Source of the DNA: Gemmatimonadales bacterium
Lineage (GTDB): Bacteria; Gemmatimonadota; Gemmatimonadetes; Gemmatimonadales; GWC2-71-9
Length of the DNA stretch: 59,612 nucleotides
Direction of reading: 5' to 3'
NCBI GenBank assembly: GCA_013813435.1
Contig: JACCRS010000052.1
Location: 1-59,612 of the forward strand
Shown here: positions 57,571-59,612 of the stretch, piece by piece
How positions within the stretch are numbered: position 1 is the first letter of the stretch
Layout of the letters: the number at the start of each line of letters is the position of its first letter
The notes under the pieces: generated by a model
What the model saw: only the letters and a program-made list of their open reading frames with translations
Told to the model about the DNA's origin: nothing
The model's database searches: none
Translations under genes and position numbers: made by a program

Positions 57571-59052
57571 CTAGGACATCCAGTTGGCGCCGGCCTGAGG
57601 ATTCCATTTCGTAGTCGTCTTCTTTGCCTGAGTCCAGAACTCGATTGAGCCGCGTCCGGTGATGTCGCCCACGCCGAAGCGCGACTCGTTCCAGCCACCA
57701 AAGGAGAACGGCTCTCGCGGCACCGGCACCCCCACATTCACTCCCACCATGCCGGCGCTGGCGCGATCGGTAACGTAGCGCGCCGCGCCACCGCTTTCGG
57801 TGAAGACCGCGGCAGCGTTACCGTAGGGCGAGGCGTTTTCGATCGCCAGGGCCTGGTCCACATCCGGCGCGCGAACGATGGCCAACACCGGACCGAACAC
57901 CTCCTCCTGCGCGATGCTCATGTCCGGGCGCACGTGATCGAGTATCGTAGGGCCGATCCAGAAACCGCCTTCCCGCCCCGGGACCTTGGTATTGCGCCCA
58001 TCCAGCAGGACGGTAGCGCCTGCCGCCTCCGCCTCACCGATGTAGCGCTCGATACGCTGCATCGCCTCCAGCGAGATGACCGGGCCCAGGGTATGGCCCG
58101 GGACTACCGCCCGGGCGTGTTCGACTATCCGGCGCACGATGTGGTCGGTCTCCGAAACCGCGAGCATCACCGACCCGGCCATGCAACGCTGGCCGGTACA
58201 GCCCGACATGGAGGCGACCACATTGGACGAGGTCATATCGGGGTTGGCGTCGGGCAAGACGAAAAGGTGATTCTTGGCGCCACCCAGAGCGAGCACCCGC
58301 TTCAGGCTCGCTGTACCGCGGCGGTAGACCAGCTTGGCGACCCGGGTCGAGCCTACAAAGGTGACCCCGGCGATACCCGGGTGGTCGCAGATAGCCTCGA
58401 CCACCACCTGGCCGCCATGCACCACGTTGAACACCCCGGCCGGCAGTCCGGCCTCCGTCAGCAACTCCGCGATCCGGCCGGCGCTTAGCGGCACCAGCTC
58501 GGAAGGCTTGAGAACCATGCAGTTTCCCAACGCCAAGGCGTTGGGAATGGTCCAGTGGGGCACCATACTGGGAAAGTTGAATGGGACTATCGACGCCACC
58601 ACCCCGATCGGATGCCGTTCGGTGCGGCACTCGACGCCCCGGCTCACCTCGAGCACTTCGCCGGTGACGATCTGCGGCAGGGAGCAGGCAAACTCGATGA
58701 GCTCGATGGCCTTGAGCACTTCGGCCTCGGCCTCGCTCTGGATCTTGCCGTGCTCCTCGGTGATCAACGCTGCGAGCTCATCGATATTTCGCTCCAGCAG
58801 TGCCCTATACCGAAAGAAAATTTGGACTCGTTCCTTGATTGGTGTGGCGGACCAAGCGGCGAAGGCGGCTGTAGCGGCCGCGACAGCCACATCCACGTCT
58901 GCCCGGTGTGAAAGAGGGACACGGGAGAGAAGAGTCCCGTCACCCGGATTCACCACGTCAAGCAAGGAGGCAGAATCAGCCGAGAATCGGCCGCTGATAA
59001 AGTTGCGAGCGGTCGCGTACTTTGGCGACGTTCGCGCGGGGGCTGCCGTCAA
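57571..59052 (-). CDS. mmsA: methylmalonate-semialdehyde dehydrogenase (CoA-acylating)
   Basis: ALDH fold with ..FNFPSMVPHW.., ..VLKPSE.., catalytic Cys in CTGQRCMA (the GQRCMA block typical of MMSDH), ..EEVFGPVL.. TTG start. Confidence 0.85.
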   Translation of the reverse strand: MTAAPARTSPKYATARNFISGRFSADSASLLDVVNPGDGTLLSRVPLSHRADVDVAVAAATAAFAAWSATPIKERVQIFFRYRALLERNIDELAALITEEHGKIQSEAEAEVLKAIELIEFACSLPQIVTGEVLEVSRGVECRTERHPIGVVASIVPFNFPSMVPHWTIPNALALGNCMVLKPSELVPLSAGRIAELLTEAGLPAGVFNVVHGGQVVVEAICDHPGIAGVTFVGSTRVAKLVYRRGTASLKRVLALGGAKNHLFVLPDANPDMTSSNVVASMSGCTGQRCMAGSVMLAVSETDHIVRRIVEHARAVVPGHTLGPVISLEAMQRIERYIGEAEAAGATVLLDGRNTKVPGREGGFWIGPTILDHVRPDMSIAQEEVFGPVLAIVRAPDVDQALAIENASPYGNAAAVFTESGGAARYVTDRASAGMVGVNVGVPVPREPFSFGGWNESRFGVGDITGRGSIEFWTQAKKTTTKWNPQAGANWMS

Positions 59053-59106
59053 CGCGATCTCAATCTGGGGCCAGGGTAGGTAGTGTCACAATCTGCGTCT
59101 GCCTTA

Positions 59107-59382
59107 TTATATCGCTATTCTGTGAAGTTCGGGGTGGACCGAGCCCGCTCCGCCCGCCCAATCCAGCCGTACTCCCGCTAATGGGGTTGCCCTCATCGTC
59201 GAGCGCTTTCACCACGATGGAGTCTGCGACGAGCCAACCGGGGGTGCCAGTCAATGTCGGACTCCATACACCCGCAGCTCAGCCACCCGAGACCCGCCGG
59301 TATCAGTCAGATCGTTGCACCCGAAAACGACCACGAGAGATGCGGCAGTTGCCAAGCGCCATGCCGGGTGCGACGCGAGCAT
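59107..59382 (-). pseudogene. frameshifted, truncated Big_1-type lipoprotein remnant
   Basis: ATG 59382 (AAGGTGG upstream) gives MLASHPAWRLATAASLVVVFGCNDLTDTGGSRVAELRVYGVRH then a stop. The Big_1 unit continues in a second frame (LTGTPGWLVADSIVVKALDDEGNPISG) and then a third (GVRLDWAGGAGSVHPE..), ending at TAA 59107. Confidence 0.6.
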
Positions 59383-59535
59383 AAAGCCACCTTCGAGTGA
59401 AGTGATCTTTCAGGGCCCCGGGAAGTCGCGAAGGAAGTTACGGATTTGCCACACGACAGATAGGTGACGTTCCCTTAAAGCATCAAAACCACAGGACGCC
59501 TTTTCTTGCGAATTGACTTTCGGTTCGCCAGCGGC

Positions 59536-59612
59536 ATGACCATGCAATTCGTGGTCGGCGCCACGCCGGACAGTGACCGCGGCCTGCTCGACACCGTGAG
59601 CCGCCTTAAAGC
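59536..59612 (+). CDS. start of an unidentified gene running off the window (tentative)
   Basis: ATG 59536 gives MTMQFVVGATPDSDRGLLDTVSRLK.. with high third-position G+C, after a lower-GC stretch. An open minus-strand frame also crosses this end (see rejected list). Confidence 0.3.
   Translation, partial: MTMQFVVGATPDSDRGLLDTVSRLK

Noticed and set aside
59410-59612. A minus-strand frame open from the right window edge to TGA 59410 (..FKAAHGVEQAAVTVRRGADHELHGHAAGEPKVNSQEKASCGFDALRERHLSVVWQIRNFLRDFPGP).
   Set aside because: Its third-position G+C is lower than that of the competing plus-strand start at 59536. Half of it lies in AT-rich, promoter-like sequence. It cannot be excluded without the neighbouring sequence, so the plus-strand call is also given low confidence.

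Overview
This is a high-GC (roughly two-thirds G+C by eye), almost fully coding chromosomal segment from a diderm bacterium. It carries OmpA-like and Omp85-like proteins and many lipoproteins or secreted proteins whose signal peptides end in ..AAQ or ..SAQ. The style resembles Gemmatimonadota or Acidobacteriota genomes, but taxonomy cannot be fixed from this window. I call about 57 protein genes, several below the 60-aa cutoff of the ORF track, arranged in long co-directional operons with many 1-4 nt start/stop overlaps. There are also 3 tRNAs (Pro-GGG; Thr-CGU plus Leu-GAG), one decayed gene and a few hairpins and repeats. I see no rRNA, CRISPR array, transposase, integrase, phage gene or recognisable defence or toxin-antitoxin gene.

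Main blocks:
- 1-3.5 kb: a four-gene secreted-fibre module that looks like a stripped-down chaperone-usher locus.
- 3.6-11.4 kb: envelope and housekeeping genes (OmpA-like, FKBP, EamA/MocR pair, MltD-like, HExxH lipoprotein) plus three unannotated mini-ORFs.
- 11.7-18 kb: an array of four paralogous Ig-like (Big_1-type) lipoproteins with different C-terminal modules.
- 18-24.5 kb: OMP, SURF1, M19 dipeptidase, YkgJ-like and GH38 genes. The dipeptidase is bracketed by a local GCGTGAGCGG-type repeat family that supplies gene 3' ends and terminators.
- 24.5-38 kb: a 10-11 gene minus-strand operon of unclear pathway, with divergent ABC permeases. It runs from an ABC binding protein through a GHMP kinase, a heparinase II/III-like protein, a class III aminotransferase, a 59-aa acidic ORF, two amidohydrolases, a DapA-like and a DHODH-like protein, to an OSBS/NSAR-like enzyme.
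- 38-44.7 kb: a metzincin lipoprotein, an orphan receiver, a methyltransferase, an S58 peptidase and a NUDIX hydrolase.
- 44.8-54.9 kb: a Hanks kinase followed by a tightly coupled five-gene envelope operon (TLC-like transporter, metallophosphoesterase, Omp85-like barrel, TLC-like/HEAT fusion, HExxH protein).
- 54.9-59.1 kb: an S58 peptidase, a beta-alanine-type transaminase and mmsA, followed by a frameshifted Big_1 lipoprotein remnant.

The best candidates for something undescribed are the fibre module, the repeat family, the mixed-function operon with its acidic mini-protein and near-cognate start, and the TLC/Omp85/phosphoesterase operon. All functional calls come from motif recognition by eye. 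No searches were run.
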